From assembly GCA_002633005.1 (NCBI GenBank), contig NMRA01000276.1:292335-356334 (forward strand): a stretch of DNA of 64,000 bases. Direction: 5' to 3'. The translations under genes were made by a program, and so were the position numbers. Of this stretch, positions 53,576 through 64,000 are shown one piece after another; positions within the stretch are counted from its first letter, which is position 1; the number at the start of each line of letters is the position of its first letter. Under the pieces are notes generated by a model. That model ran no database searches. It worked only from the letters and a program-made list of their open reading frames with translations, and was not told where the DNA came from. Origin of the DNA: Phoronis australis (taxonomy: Eukaryota > Animalia > Phoronida).

Positions 53576-55581
53576 TGACCTATCGCAAGCTCCGCCCCTA
53601 TGTGAAAAGTCACGTGATACCTGACATTCGAACGAGATGTCAGAGGCAAATACGCTGTCGCTAAACGACGTTCCTGGTGGAATCGATGAGTGTTTTTGCA
53701 CTATTTGAAAACGCGTCAGCAGAGACAAGAGGCGATGCTTTTCAACAGTGAATCGTACGTTCATGATATGGAGAATTTGTAAAGTTGACGATAAAAAAAT
53801 AAGTGCTCGAGGAGCCAGCGAAAATTCGAAGAACCCCTCGGCCTCGGGGCCACCTTCACCTGACAAGGCCACTGATACGATATGTTCTTGTAAAGCTGGG
53901 TATGTACCTTAAAGTCGAATTATCTGTACGATTCCATAGATTTCATGATCTTTCGAATAAAATCAGTGAAGATTCACCGATATTTTTATTCTGTCTTCTG
54001 CTAAATTTCGCCAAATGAAAAGTAGGTCACAACTGGTGGGACTCCTGGAGTAAAGTAGGTCATAGATTACAGACAACTCATCTCTGATTAGATCGACTCG
54101 ATAGCTTTTCTAATCTTGTAACGAAATATTTTGATAAAAAATTCAGGTTCATAGCTCAGGTACACACTCATCTCGTCCTCCGGTAGGTCTAGGGCTGTGT
54201 CTAAGTAAAATTAATGTTTGGAATTCAGTGGCGGATCTAGGATACCACAGGGGGCCCAACATATGTTGCCTCGTGGAATTGGGCACAGGCGGCCCGAAAG
54301 TTGCAGGGGCCAGGGATGTAGACCGTTGGACCTTCAGTTCAGAAAATCTATTGGTGGACTAAAAAAACGGGAACACAATTCCGCCGCGATCTGGGGTCTG
54401 AACCCCCCCCTCTTCTGCTACCGGTCGTAGTTACTGAACTCAATATTTCCTCACGTTCTTGCTGTTTCATTTTGCTTTTTTGCGTCCGCCAAGGGGGGGC
54501 AGGGGGCTAAATCCGCCTATGGAATTGTCCGTTTGCACCATTAAGACATTTAAATTAGGCCTTCTTATGAACTTGGCATTTTTTTGTAGTTTCATTCCAT
54601 AAAGGTAGCTTTCATTTAAATTTGAAGGTAGCATGGATCACTAAGTCGTGGTATGGTTACAAAAGATTACAAGTCTGGTGTGGTAGTTGCAAAAATAGGG
54701 TATTTACAAAAATAGCTCAAATTCTTTTTTAAAGCTTCATAAATCTAAATATCATGTTTGAACCACTCCAAAAGGAGCTCTCTCTAACTCTACAGACATA
54801 GTGTATACTAGAGGTACACGTCAAAAAGTAATTCAACAGTTTATTTTTAGTGACAACAGCTCGTCTAAGGCTTTGAGTTCCGGCAGTAATCCAGTGCCCT
54901 TCCCTGTGCCGATCGAATCTCTGAATTTTGACCGGGAGAGAAGTTCAGTTGAACGCCAGCTTACGGTTTATGAATAACAAAACTGTACCTCTGATACGAA
55001 ACAAAATAATGTCCATTAGGTTGAAATAAATAAAAAAAACATAAAATAAAAATGTCCTTGAAAACAACAATTTCCGGGGACTACCGCTAGAGTGCTGAGA
55101 TCCAGCAGGTGCCGAGACAAAGGCGGCCAGACGTAGCCAACTCGGGAGTCAAAATCTGAGATAGCCCCGCACCATAGCCACCAAGCTGAAAAGTGCGTAT
55201 CTTGGAACTAATATATTTGTGTTTATTATAGCCTTCGAGTTATCAAGCAACATCACTTAAGTTCAGCTGCTTGTGTGGCCATACAATTTGGTCCATAGTT
55301 AACGCTTTTCAACATCATTTTTTGGCTTAGGACATGCCAAAAAATGACGGGATATTATTCTGGAACAGCATAACGGCTGTCAGTGCTACACACGTCATAT
55401 CAACACTGTTTCCCATTCTTAGCGTACAATTTCTTGAGCTATAGACTAAAGTAAGTTTTAATCGACTGCGTGTGGTTTGTCGGGTAAAATGGCGGCTTGG
55501 AAACGCAGACGAAGGTGTGCCAAGAATGCTGCGTTCTGATTGGTCAATTAAGCCGTCCGTCATAATCCTGGCGATAGGTCA
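53576..55581. mobile_element. ISL2EU/PHIS-like DNA transposon deletion derivative
   Basis: TIR TGACCTATCGC / GCGATAGGTCA in an AATT context; + strand SWIM-like CSCKAG followed by GTATGT at about 53883-53905; minus-strand decayed THAP start (C..DVCSTDSRY..PKP..W..KYI) at about 55415-55200. Confidence 0.6.
54226..54521. mobile_element. MITE (CAGTGGCGGATCTAG / TAAATCCGCCTATG)
   Basis: Imperfect TIRs with GAATT on both flanks; related end taaatccgccactg at 22786-22799. Confidence 0.5.
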
Positions 55582-56549
55582 ATTGCTCGGCTCTCATTAA
55601 AATGTCCCTTATAATCCCAGTACCTTTTACTCTTTTGATACATAGTATGCCTGTTCTTCAAATTCAATATAAACTTCGAAATAACTCTTGGTATAAACTT
55701 CTTGCCAGAAATGTTAGGCAACTTAGTCGAACACTTATTGCATGTTTGTCAACTTTTGTCGTAGTTTAGGTTGACGTTATTGCGCCCAGCCGTTGATTTT
55801 TTATTTATAACAGGAGTTATTTGCAAATTATGACAATTAAGACAATGTACATGGCTTGTTGAAATCTATGTTAAAGTGACTGTGTGCAGAGCAACCCAAA
55901 CAGTGGGACAGGGAGATCCCAGTCTAGTCTAGGTTTTTCTCTGTTTGAGTTACTATAATGGGCGTACAGTGAGGGGACCTATGCAGATATTGACGGAGCT
56001 GTGGACTTCAGAACAAGACTACCAGATATCTGGAATAGCTATCAATATGTTACTGAACTCCGAGATCGCATAGAAGCGACCACTGAGTAAGCTAGAGGAG
56101 CTGTGTAAGTCCCAAGATAGGTATAAACATTTCTATGATCGTAAGACAGCGGTGAGAAAGTTTTAGGTTGGTGACAAAGTTTTACTACTCTTCCCTACTG
56201 ATCACAATAAATTGCTAATGCATTGGCAAGGTCCGGATGAAGTTGTAGAGGTGAAATGACTCAATGATTACAGGGTTAGAGTAAAAAACAAGGTCAAATT
56301 GTTCCATGCAAATATGTTGGAAAAGTAGAAACAACAGATGACGGGTCTGTACAGGCAGTTGCTGTAGCTGTCATTGAACCTCCAGCAGATGACGATGTTG
56401 ATGACGGTGCTGTTGATGACGAGAGCTTGATTCCGGTTGGTGAGTTGTTCAGTACCGAGACGGTCAGCGATGTTCAGGAGGGAACAACCATCAGTGCTGA
56501 CCAGGAAAAAAGTGCCAGAGAGGTGTTAGATAAATATCAACTGTTTTCA

Positions 56550-57855
56550 CAGATCTACCGGGTTGTACTAACTTGGTGGAAAATTCCATAGAGTTAACTA
56601 CTAGTGAGTCAGTATATGTTAAACCTTACACGGTACCTTTCTCGGTTAGGAACACTATAAGTGATGAGGTAGATAAGATGTTACGTATGGGCATTATTAG
56701 GATATCAAATTCCCCATATTCTGCTCCAGTGATTATTGTTAAGAAAAAAGATGGAAGCAATCGATTTTGTGTTGACTTCCGCAGGCTTAACAGTGTGACC
56801 TTATTTGACACCAAACCAGCAAACAAAGCTGAAGATATTTTTGCTAGGTTGAGTGATGACAAATTCTTTTCCAAGCAAGAACTCTCTAAAGGATATTGGC
56901 AGATTCCTGGAGGAGGAGTCTGTTGCAAAAACGGCGTTTTCTACTCAAGAAGGGTCTTCTGTCTTCTGCGGGATGCCGTTTGGTTTGAAGAACAGCAGCG
57001 CAACATGCAACCGGATGGTGTTTAAGTTGTTAGAGGGTATCCCAAATACGGATAGTTACACTGATGATATCCTAGTTCACACTAAAACATGGGAAGAACA
57101 TTTGGCAGGGCTTGACTTGTTGTCTAAGATCAAAGCAGCAAACTCAACTTTGCGACCTAGTAAATGAGTAGTGGCTGAGACAAATGATAACTTTTTGAGT
57201 CATACTGTTGGTGATGGATGTATTTCAATCCACTCAGTTAATGCTAATAAGGTTAGGAATGCAGTTAGACTTGTTACCAAACGACAAGTAAGAGCTTTTG
57301 TTGGCTTAGTTGGTCATTTCCGCAAGTTCATACCTCACTTTGCAGAGAATGTTGTACCTTTGACTGACATGACATGTAAAGGTTCTCCAAAGTATTATGT
57401 AGTGAATCAGCTGAAAAAGTGTTTAGGACATTGAAAAACATTCTGGTTAACGATCCTGTATTGATGTTGCCTAACTTGGAGAAAAGATTCTATTTGCAAA
57501 CTGATGCGTCAGACAACGCGCTTAGGGCTGTACTGATCCAGGACCATGACAGTATGCTGATACCCGTGGCTTATGCTAGTCACAAACTTCTGGAACACGA
57601 GAAAAGATATTCTACTGTTGAGAAGGAATGTTTGGACCTGGTGTGGGCAGTGGCGCATTTTCGTGTCTTCCTGTATGGTTGAGAATTTACGTTACAGACA
57701 GATCATCAGCCACTGGTATATTTGAACAGGTGCACATTGTCCAACTGTCGCTAAATGTGGTGGGCATTGGTTTTACAGTCTTATACATTTCATTTAGAAG
57801 CTATCAAGTGCACTGACAATATAGGTGCTGATTATATACGTAGAATGTCTGAGTG
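56550..57855 (+). pseudogene. Gypsy reverse transcriptase and RNase H remnants
   Basis: SPYSAPVIIVKKKDGSNRFCVDFRRLN; MPFGLKN; YTDDILV; LQTDASD; YSTVEKECL; LQTDHQPL; with frameshifts. Confidence 0.93.
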
Positions 57856-57943
57856 AGGAGTGAATGTGTGACTTATTATTATTATTTTATTGCCAAATTG
57901 TGTTGTATAGGAAATTATTGTAATTTCTTGTAGTATGGGGGTG

Positions 57944-58509
57944 TGTCACAACTTGGTCTGACTTGTATATGATTTGTATATCATGAGATTGCTGTTTTTA
58001 GTTGGTATATACTGAGCCAACCCCTTTATATCGATATGCAAATGTGCTCGTTTTGCAAGTGCAGGTATGGGCAGTCACGATAATGCTGGTATACTCGTGT
58101 TATTTGGCAGTCTACGGGTTCTTTGGGCAGAGTGCAGTTGTGCTTTGCCACGCGCTTACTTTACATTTGAAGCACATGGCGCCCATACCAGTCAAAACCC
58201 TTTGGAACATGTGACCCTTAAGTTCCAATACAGCTGAACCATGAGTGTGCAGGCAACTGGTAAAGCTGGGCGGCGTAATATTTGTCCAAGCAGTGGCAAA
58301 ATCTCTGATGCTGAGAAGCCAAAGTTGTGGCACGTGTAGGACAATAAAGAGACACTGAGACCCTTGTGAAGTATAATAATTTTCATATCGGCAAATCATT
58401 ATGAGTTTGTGTGTTTTGTGTGTGTGTCTTTGAGAGGTAATATATATTACATAATTAACTTGTTCTGTTTTGTGTTTGAGAAATTGTCTGACACTAGACA
58501 AACTTGACA
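57944..58509 (+). repeat. 3' LTR
   Basis: TGTCACAA...CTTGACA; many substitutions and small indels relative to the 5' LTR. Confidence 0.9.
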
Positions 58510-58589
58510 CCATACATGGCAGTCGAAAGTCTTCATCGCGAGACACATTTCCTAGCTTGTGCTCATAAACACCTTCTATTAAGATGACA

Positions 58590-59598
58590 TACTTCAAAAT
58601 GCCATACGTTCTCTTCAACATGTCAGATGCCCATTTCAAAATCCCGGAAGATTTCAAAACAACAGAAGCTCACTTTAAACATGAGAGGCTCGTTTCAAAA
58701 CAACAACACTCATCTTTCAACACCAGAGGCTCACTTCAAAACGCCAGAAACTCACTTCAAAACTATGCATGCTTACTTCAAAATACCAGATACTCAATTC
58801 AAAACACCAAATGCTCACGTCAAATGGCAGATGACCACTGCAAATGCCAGATACTAACTTCAAAACACTGAATACTCAATTCAAAAAGCGGAATGTTCAC
58901 TTCAAAATGAAAGATGAGCAATTCAAAAATTCCAGATGCTCACCTCAAAAGGTCGAATGTACACTTCAAATCACCAGATGCTCATTTCAAAGTACTGGAT
59001 GTCCATTTCAAAACATCAGATGCTCACTCCAAAATGCCAGGTAAAAATTCAAAACACCAGCAGCTCTTTTAAAAACATCAGATGAACACGACAAAAGGCC
59101 AGCTGCTCATGTCAACATCAAGTGCTCAATTCAAAACACCAGATGTTCATTACAAATCATGAGATGCTTACTTCATAATGCCAGATGCTCATGTAAACAC
59201 CAGCTCATTTCAAAACAGCAGGTGTTCACTTCAAACACCAGATATTCACTTCAAACACCAGATGTTCACTTCAAACACCAGATGCTCACTTCAAAATGCC
59301 ACATGATCCATTCAAAATGCCAGATGCACACTTCAAGAACATCAGATGCTCACTTCAAACACCAGATGTTCACTTCAAACACCAGATGTTCACTTCAAAC
59401 ACCAGATATTCACTTCAAAATGCCACGATCCATTCAAAATGCCAGATGCACACTTCGAGAACATCAGATGCTCACTTCAACACCAGATGGTCATTTCAAA
59501 AACCAAATGTTTATTTCATAACACCAGATGCTTATTTCATAATACCATATGTTCAGTTCAAATAGAGCGATGTTCACTTCAAAATGCCAACTGCTCAC
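58590..59598. repeat. Degenerate 20/21-bp array in register with a CNOT2 donor
   Basis: ttcaaaatgccagatgctcac consensus over about 1 kb. Confidence 0.9.
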
Positions 59599-59719
59599 CT
59601 TTTTGGGTGTTTTCTGTTGTTGTTGTTGCTGCTGCTGCTGCATCCCCAGCAGGCTGACTCCACCCTTACCCCCACTCCTGGGGGACAGCTCTGAGGCTGG
59701 CTTTCTCCCTATGTTGTAT
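59599..59719 (-). CDS. CNOT2: CNOT2 exon: YNIGRKPASELSPRSGGKGGVSLLGMQQQQQQQQQKTPKK
   Basis: ttcAG acceptor, AAG|GTGAGC donor, open frame ending in phase 0 matching the next exon; Q9 tract; an internal Met could be an alternative start. Confidence 0.7.
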
Positions 59720-59794
59720 CTGAAGCAAACGAATGTACATCAATCCATATAGCCATGATTGTCATGTGAGAGGAGTGGCATGGTATTGTATGGG

Positions 59795-60325
59795 AGGTGA
59801 ACCTATTCACAATCACTAACTACTAAAGCTGGAATTTTATGAGAGATTAATCAACACAATCACTAGTGAGGCTGGTGTTGCATGAGAGGTCAACCTATTC
59901 ATAACCATTAGTGAGGCTGGTGCTGCATGAGAGGTCAACCTATTCATAACCATTAGTGAGGCTGGTGTTGCATGAGAGGTCAACCTATTCATAACCATTA
60001 GTGAGGCTGGTGTTGCATGAGAGGTCAACCTATTCATAACCATTAGTGAAGCTGGTGTTGCATGAGAGGTCAACCTATTCATAACCATTAGTGAGGCTGG
60101 TGCTGCATGAGAGGTCAACCTATTCATAACCATTAGTGAGGCTGGTGTTGCATGAGAGGTCAACCTATTCATAACCATTAGTGAGGCTGGTGTTGCATGA
60201 GAGGTTAACCTATTCATAACCATTAGTGAAGCTGGTGTTGCATGAGAGGTCAACCTATTCATAACCATTAGTGAAGCTGGTGTTGCATGAGAGGTTAACC
60301 TATTCATAACCATTAGTGAAGCTGC
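59795..60325. repeat. 45-bp minisatellite, about 11 copies
   Basis: catgagaggtcaacctattcataaccattagtgaggctggtgttg. Confidence 0.95.
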
Positions 60326-60649
60326 TACCGTCAGTTGATCAAAGACTACAAAACTTCCATGTCCAAAAAAGAGCATTCTTACTGTTTTTGTCAAAAAAAC
60401 TAAATTAGTGGTTATCCTGAACATATTTTAATGCTAGTATCTACTAGTGTACACATTTGGCACTAAGAAAACACAGTGACCAACGATGAAACACGACTGA
60501 ATTACAAGATGAAAGCCTTCGTCGACACATGACGGTATTGAAACACTTTGTTGCTTTTATTCAAACTTTACATTCAGGAAGCCTTGATGTATTTCAACAC
60601 ATTCTGAGGCAAGTGATATTGGGTATTGAACAGAATACAGACAAAGACA

Positions 60650-61215
60650 GGAGATTGTAGTAAGTCGCAGCAAAGATACATATGAGTTAGTATAGGGCAC
60701 ATTACAGAGGAGAATACATAAGTGTTAGTATAAAACACAAATTGCAGCGGGGAATATGCAAGATTTAGAATAGAAAACAACTGGAATATATGAGTGCTAG
60801 AATTGACAAAAGTTGCAACAAGGAATACACAAGAGTTAGTGTAGAACACAAGTAGCAACAAGGAATACACAAGAGTTAGAGTTGAACACAAGTTGCAACA
60901 GGGAATACATAAGAGTTAGAGTTGCACACAAGTTGCAACAAGGAATACATAAGAGTTAGTTTAGAACACAAGTTGCAACAAGGAATACACAAGAGTTAGT
61001 GTAGAACACAAGTTGCGACAAGGAATACATAAGAGTTAGTGTAGAACACAAGATGCGACAAGCAATACACAAGAGTTAGTGTAGAACACAAGTTGCAACA
61101 AGGAATACACAAGAGTTAGTGTAGAACACAAGTTGCTGCAGGGAATACCAAAGTTGCAATAAGGGACAGATAACAGGTTAGTGTAGAGCACAAGTTCAAG
61201 CAGGAAATACACAAG
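60650..61215. repeat. 40-bp minisatellite
   Basis: aagagttagtgtagaacacaagttgcaacaaggaatacac. Confidence 0.9.
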
Positions 61216-61389
61216 ACTGGCAGTCACTTGTGTACACAGTTACAGGCTGCAGCAGCAGCTTCTCTACACATGATTCCACCTTATATTTTCCAATACGAAC
61301 GCCTCGGTTATTGAGCAGACTCTTACTTATGAATTCAATAACCTATGAACTCAATAACCTATGAACTCAATAACCTATGAACTCAATAA

Positions 61390-62360
61390 CTTATGAACTC
61401 AATAACCTTTGTAATTGGTTTATTGACAACAAACTATCCCTTCATGTTGGTAAAACTCAAACAATGTTGATTTTAACGTAACTTGTAACAGCAATGTTAT
61501 CACTTCCTGCTCATCTTGGTTTCCAATTGGATAACAACCTCTTTTTTAGGAGACGGCCAAGTCTATTATTAAAAAATAAAATTGTTGACTAAAATGTACG
61601 TACAGGCATTGAGATTGCATAGACCTTAGGTCATGGAAACATCAGTGCAATTCACTGATAATTTCTTTGTTTGATTATGCTTGTTTGAGCTGGTTTTCCA
61701 GTTTAAATACTTGTCTTCGCAAATGTTACAGGTGCAACAACACACATAATATGTACTCAGTTTATGCCCCCCTTCTCACATAAATATTTTCATCATTTTC
61801 AGTCTCTTGGGTGGCTAAATACTCAAGCTCCCCCTTATTCATAAAATTGCTCATGGTGATGCCCCAAATTTTCTCCTTGATCTCTTTTCAGCATTAAAAC
61901 ATGCCATTCTAACAGTACTAGAATGAGCAACAATGATTTTTTTAGTCAAGAGTAAAATCACATGGGTTCAAAACTTTATTTAATTCAACTAGATTTCTGT
62001 GGAATTCACTTCCTGGCAACAGATTTAAATACTTTGAAACGACAAATCAAACAATATTTCTATTTAGACAACTCCAATTGTATTTATCTATTTGTCATCT
62101 ATCATGTCACTTCATCCTACAGTCTTTTTTAGATCATTTTCACCTATAATATCTCTCATTCTTCCAATGTAATTATTCACAATTTAGTATTTATTCATAT
62201 TTTGTTTAATTTGAGTATGGACCACCATAGAAATGTTTTTAACTTTTTGGTATTATCCAGATAGTGAACATAATTATTTTTCAAATTTTTTATCTTGTAC
62301 CATTTACTATTGTATTTACTTTTGTTATTATGTATGTTATCAAATAAAAATAATAATAAT
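61390..62360 (+). mobile_element. Decayed CR1/L2-group LINE 3' fragment
   Basis: NWFIDNKLSLHVGKTQTML; LFDYACLSWFSSL; ..LWNSLP; AATAAA followed by a (TAA)n tail. Confidence 0.7.
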
Positions 62361-62421
62361 GGTAATAATAACAACCAATAATCAATGATAATGAATAATC
62401 AATAAAAATCACAACACAAAC

Positions 62422-62491
62422 CTCATGACGGAATAGTTTCATACATTGCAACAAGGAAAAAGATTAACAGAACAATTAGCTTTTATTGCAG
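62422..62491 (-). CDS. CNOT2: CNOT2 predicted first coding exon (5'UTR plus ATG-AG; coding part 62422-62426)
   Basis: Strong pyrimidine-rich acceptor (ttccttcattttcacAG) and donor AG|GTTTGT; ATG+AG gives phase 2, which joins the 59719 exon in frame (M-R-Y-N). No homology support for this short N-terminus. Confidence 0.55.
62423..62446 (-). promoter_or_regulatory. uORF MYETIPS* whose TGA overlaps the predicted CNOT2 ATG (ATGA)
   Basis: Minus strand reads ATG TAT GAA ACT ATT CCG TCA TGA G|GT; depends on the exon call being correct. Confidence 0.45.
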
Positions 62492-62596
62492 CTGTGAAAA
62501 TGAAGGAAATGACAATAGAAAGAAAATGGTAACGTAGCATTCACTGTAGTCTAGTGAAACATCAAAGAACAAACTGTTGTTTATACCACCTTTCGA

Positions 62597-63034
62597 AAGG
62601 TACCTCAACTACACGGTTAACAGACTCATAAACACAGTCACGGACGCATGAACATGACTCACGTACCTGCAACCACCGTTCACTGACTAACAAACACGGG
62701 AACAGACTCACCAAACACAACCCATTAACCCAAATTCATGGGACACGGACTCGCATTCACAAAGAAACACAGTTATCGGACCGCCAAACACGGTATACGG
62801 ACAAAATGTAGATGTCAGCTGACCCAGGAAGCCGATGAGTCCGTGACCTGTGTTTATGGCATGCTTTATCGGAGTGAACTGTGTTTCTTCGCGAATGCGA
62901 GCCCATGTACCGTGTATTTAGGTGAATGGATAGTGTTTTGTGAGTCCGTTCCCGTGTCTGTGAGTCAGCGAACAGTGTTTGCAGGTACGTGAGTCAGGTT
63001 CATGCATCCATGACTTTGTAGTTTAGGTACCTTG
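62597..63034. mobile_element. Foldback MITE, second family member in opposite orientation
   Basis: AAGGTACCTCAACTACACGG...GTAGTTTAGGTACCTTG; the central segment is the reverse complement of 17440-17480. Confidence 0.75.
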
Positions 63035-63354
63035 CCTTAGCAAAGTTAGACTTTGTACAAGTAGACCTTTGAAGAAGGCCAGGTGAAGCTGCACAAGACA
63101 CCATTAGTTAGCCTAATGAGAACAGGTGTACTTACTGTGAACTCCATGGGAAAGTGTCAACAAATCGTCTAGCAGAGGCGAACAGACAAAAAGAACAAGT
63201 AGTTGTTAGTATGACAGAAGGAAACTACGGGCTAAAACTAATCAAAACTACTTGTGTGCCTTTCTCCAACATCATCTTGTTTCTCATTATTTTTTTATTT
63301 TTCTAATCCCACCTTGATCATCTTGCAACAAAAAACTCAAAATTTGACAAAGTG

Positions 63355-63630
63355 TATGTACTGATACTACTGCTGAAAGGCACAAACAATGTATTGATAC
63401 CACTCACTGCTGCAGGGCACAAACAACATATTGATACTACTGCTGCAGGGTACAATCAATGTATTGATACTACTGCTGCAGGTTACAATCAATGTATTGA
63501 TACTACTACAGCAGCAGGGTACAAACAACATATTGATACTGCTGCTGCAGGGCACAAACACTGTATTGACACCATTGCTGTAGGCACAAACAATGTATTG
63601 ATACTACAGCTGCAGGGTACAAACAATGCT
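63355..63630. repeat. About 30-bp degenerate minisatellite
   Basis: tattgatactactgctgcagggYacaaacaa. Confidence 0.85.
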
Positions 63631-63836
63631 TTTGCAGTAGCATCTCATACAAGTGTTCATGTTCTATGGTAGGCTTAACAGTTACCAGAGCATTACCCTA
63701 ACCTTCATTTAGGATATAATACTGCTGAAAGACACACAAATTAATACAGTAAGAAAATGAAACCCTTTAACACACTTGCTCAAGCCAAAAGGAACAGTTG
63801 TGGCCAATAGATATATAAGGCAAGCTGACTTCTAGA

Positions 63837-64000
63837 CAGTGTTCTCCACGACCACTTTTAACGTGTCGCAGCGTCCTGTTTGGCCGAGCGCGCGTCCTGT
63901 TTAAATGTCCCGCGTCCTGTTTAAAAATCCAGCGTCCTGTTTAAAAATCCCGCGACCAGTTTAAAAATATAGGGACTACTTTGTAAAAAAAGGCGTCGTC
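63837..64000 (+). mobile_element. Left end of hAT-like element with 20-bp subterminal repeats
   Basis: CAGTGTTCTCCACGACC followed by gcgtcctgtttaaaaatccc repeats. Confidence 0.5.

Larger units (their letters stand above)
51985..56330 (+). pseudogene. Gypsy integrase remnants (Zn finger and core start 51985-52210; C-terminus with GPY/F module 55920-56330), middle replaced by insertions
   Basis: FFWPGM..CKSCYVCQK..PLEKMRVIDTPFKRVVVDLVG; GFSLFELL..GRTVRGP; YDRK..VGDKVLLL..KLLMHWQGP..FHANML. Confidence 0.85.
47946..58509 (+). mobile_element. Decayed Gmr1-like Ty3/Gypsy LTR retrotransposon (gag, IN, RT, RNase H) with nested insertions
   Basis: LTRs 47946-48484 and 57944-58509 (TG...CA); flanks CCATC/CCATA; tRNA-Pro-like PBS TGGGGGCTTGT; G-rich tract before the 3' LTR; coding remnants listed separately. 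Confidence 0.92.

Noticed and set aside
59837-60424. 195-aa repetitive ORF (and similar ORFs at 7033-7639, 9653-10007, 58584-59657, 63352-63672)
   Set aside because: Open frames are a by-product of stop-free minisatellite units; no splice or homology support.
63100-64000. CNOT2 promoter or first non-coding exon
   Set aside because: No convincing exon or promoter signal; the GC-richer end is a transposon terminus, so the TSS is probably outside the window.

Overview
Eukaryotic, AT-rich, repeat-dense animal DNA; the species cannot be determined from the sequence. The only host gene is CNOT2 (CCR4-NOT subunit 2) on the minus strand. I reconstructed it by hand as 15 phase-compatible GT-AG coding exons from 62426 down to 10898 (about 525 aa, polyQ N-terminus, C-terminal NOT-box). 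The introns and 3' flank hold many decayed elements: two non-autonomous Kolobok copies (TTAA TSD, THAP remnant), nested RNase H-bearing LINE fragments, Helentron-type HINEs, a Gmr1-like Gypsy element (IN before RT-RH) inserted in a Penelope remnant, an ISL2EU-like THAP/SWIM element, a PIF/Harbinger-type element, MITEs and many minisatellites. Several kb-scale tandem duplications abut single-N gaps and are probably uncollapsed haplotypes; one of them duplicates two CNOT2 exons. The most unusual signals are (1) minisatellites that start at, and copy, CNOT2 splice junctions and the stop codon, (2) HINE core repeats that each carry a CTCF-consensus-like motif, and (3) a uORF whose stop overlaps the predicted CNOT2 ATG. 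No prokaryotic or CRISPR-type system is supported.
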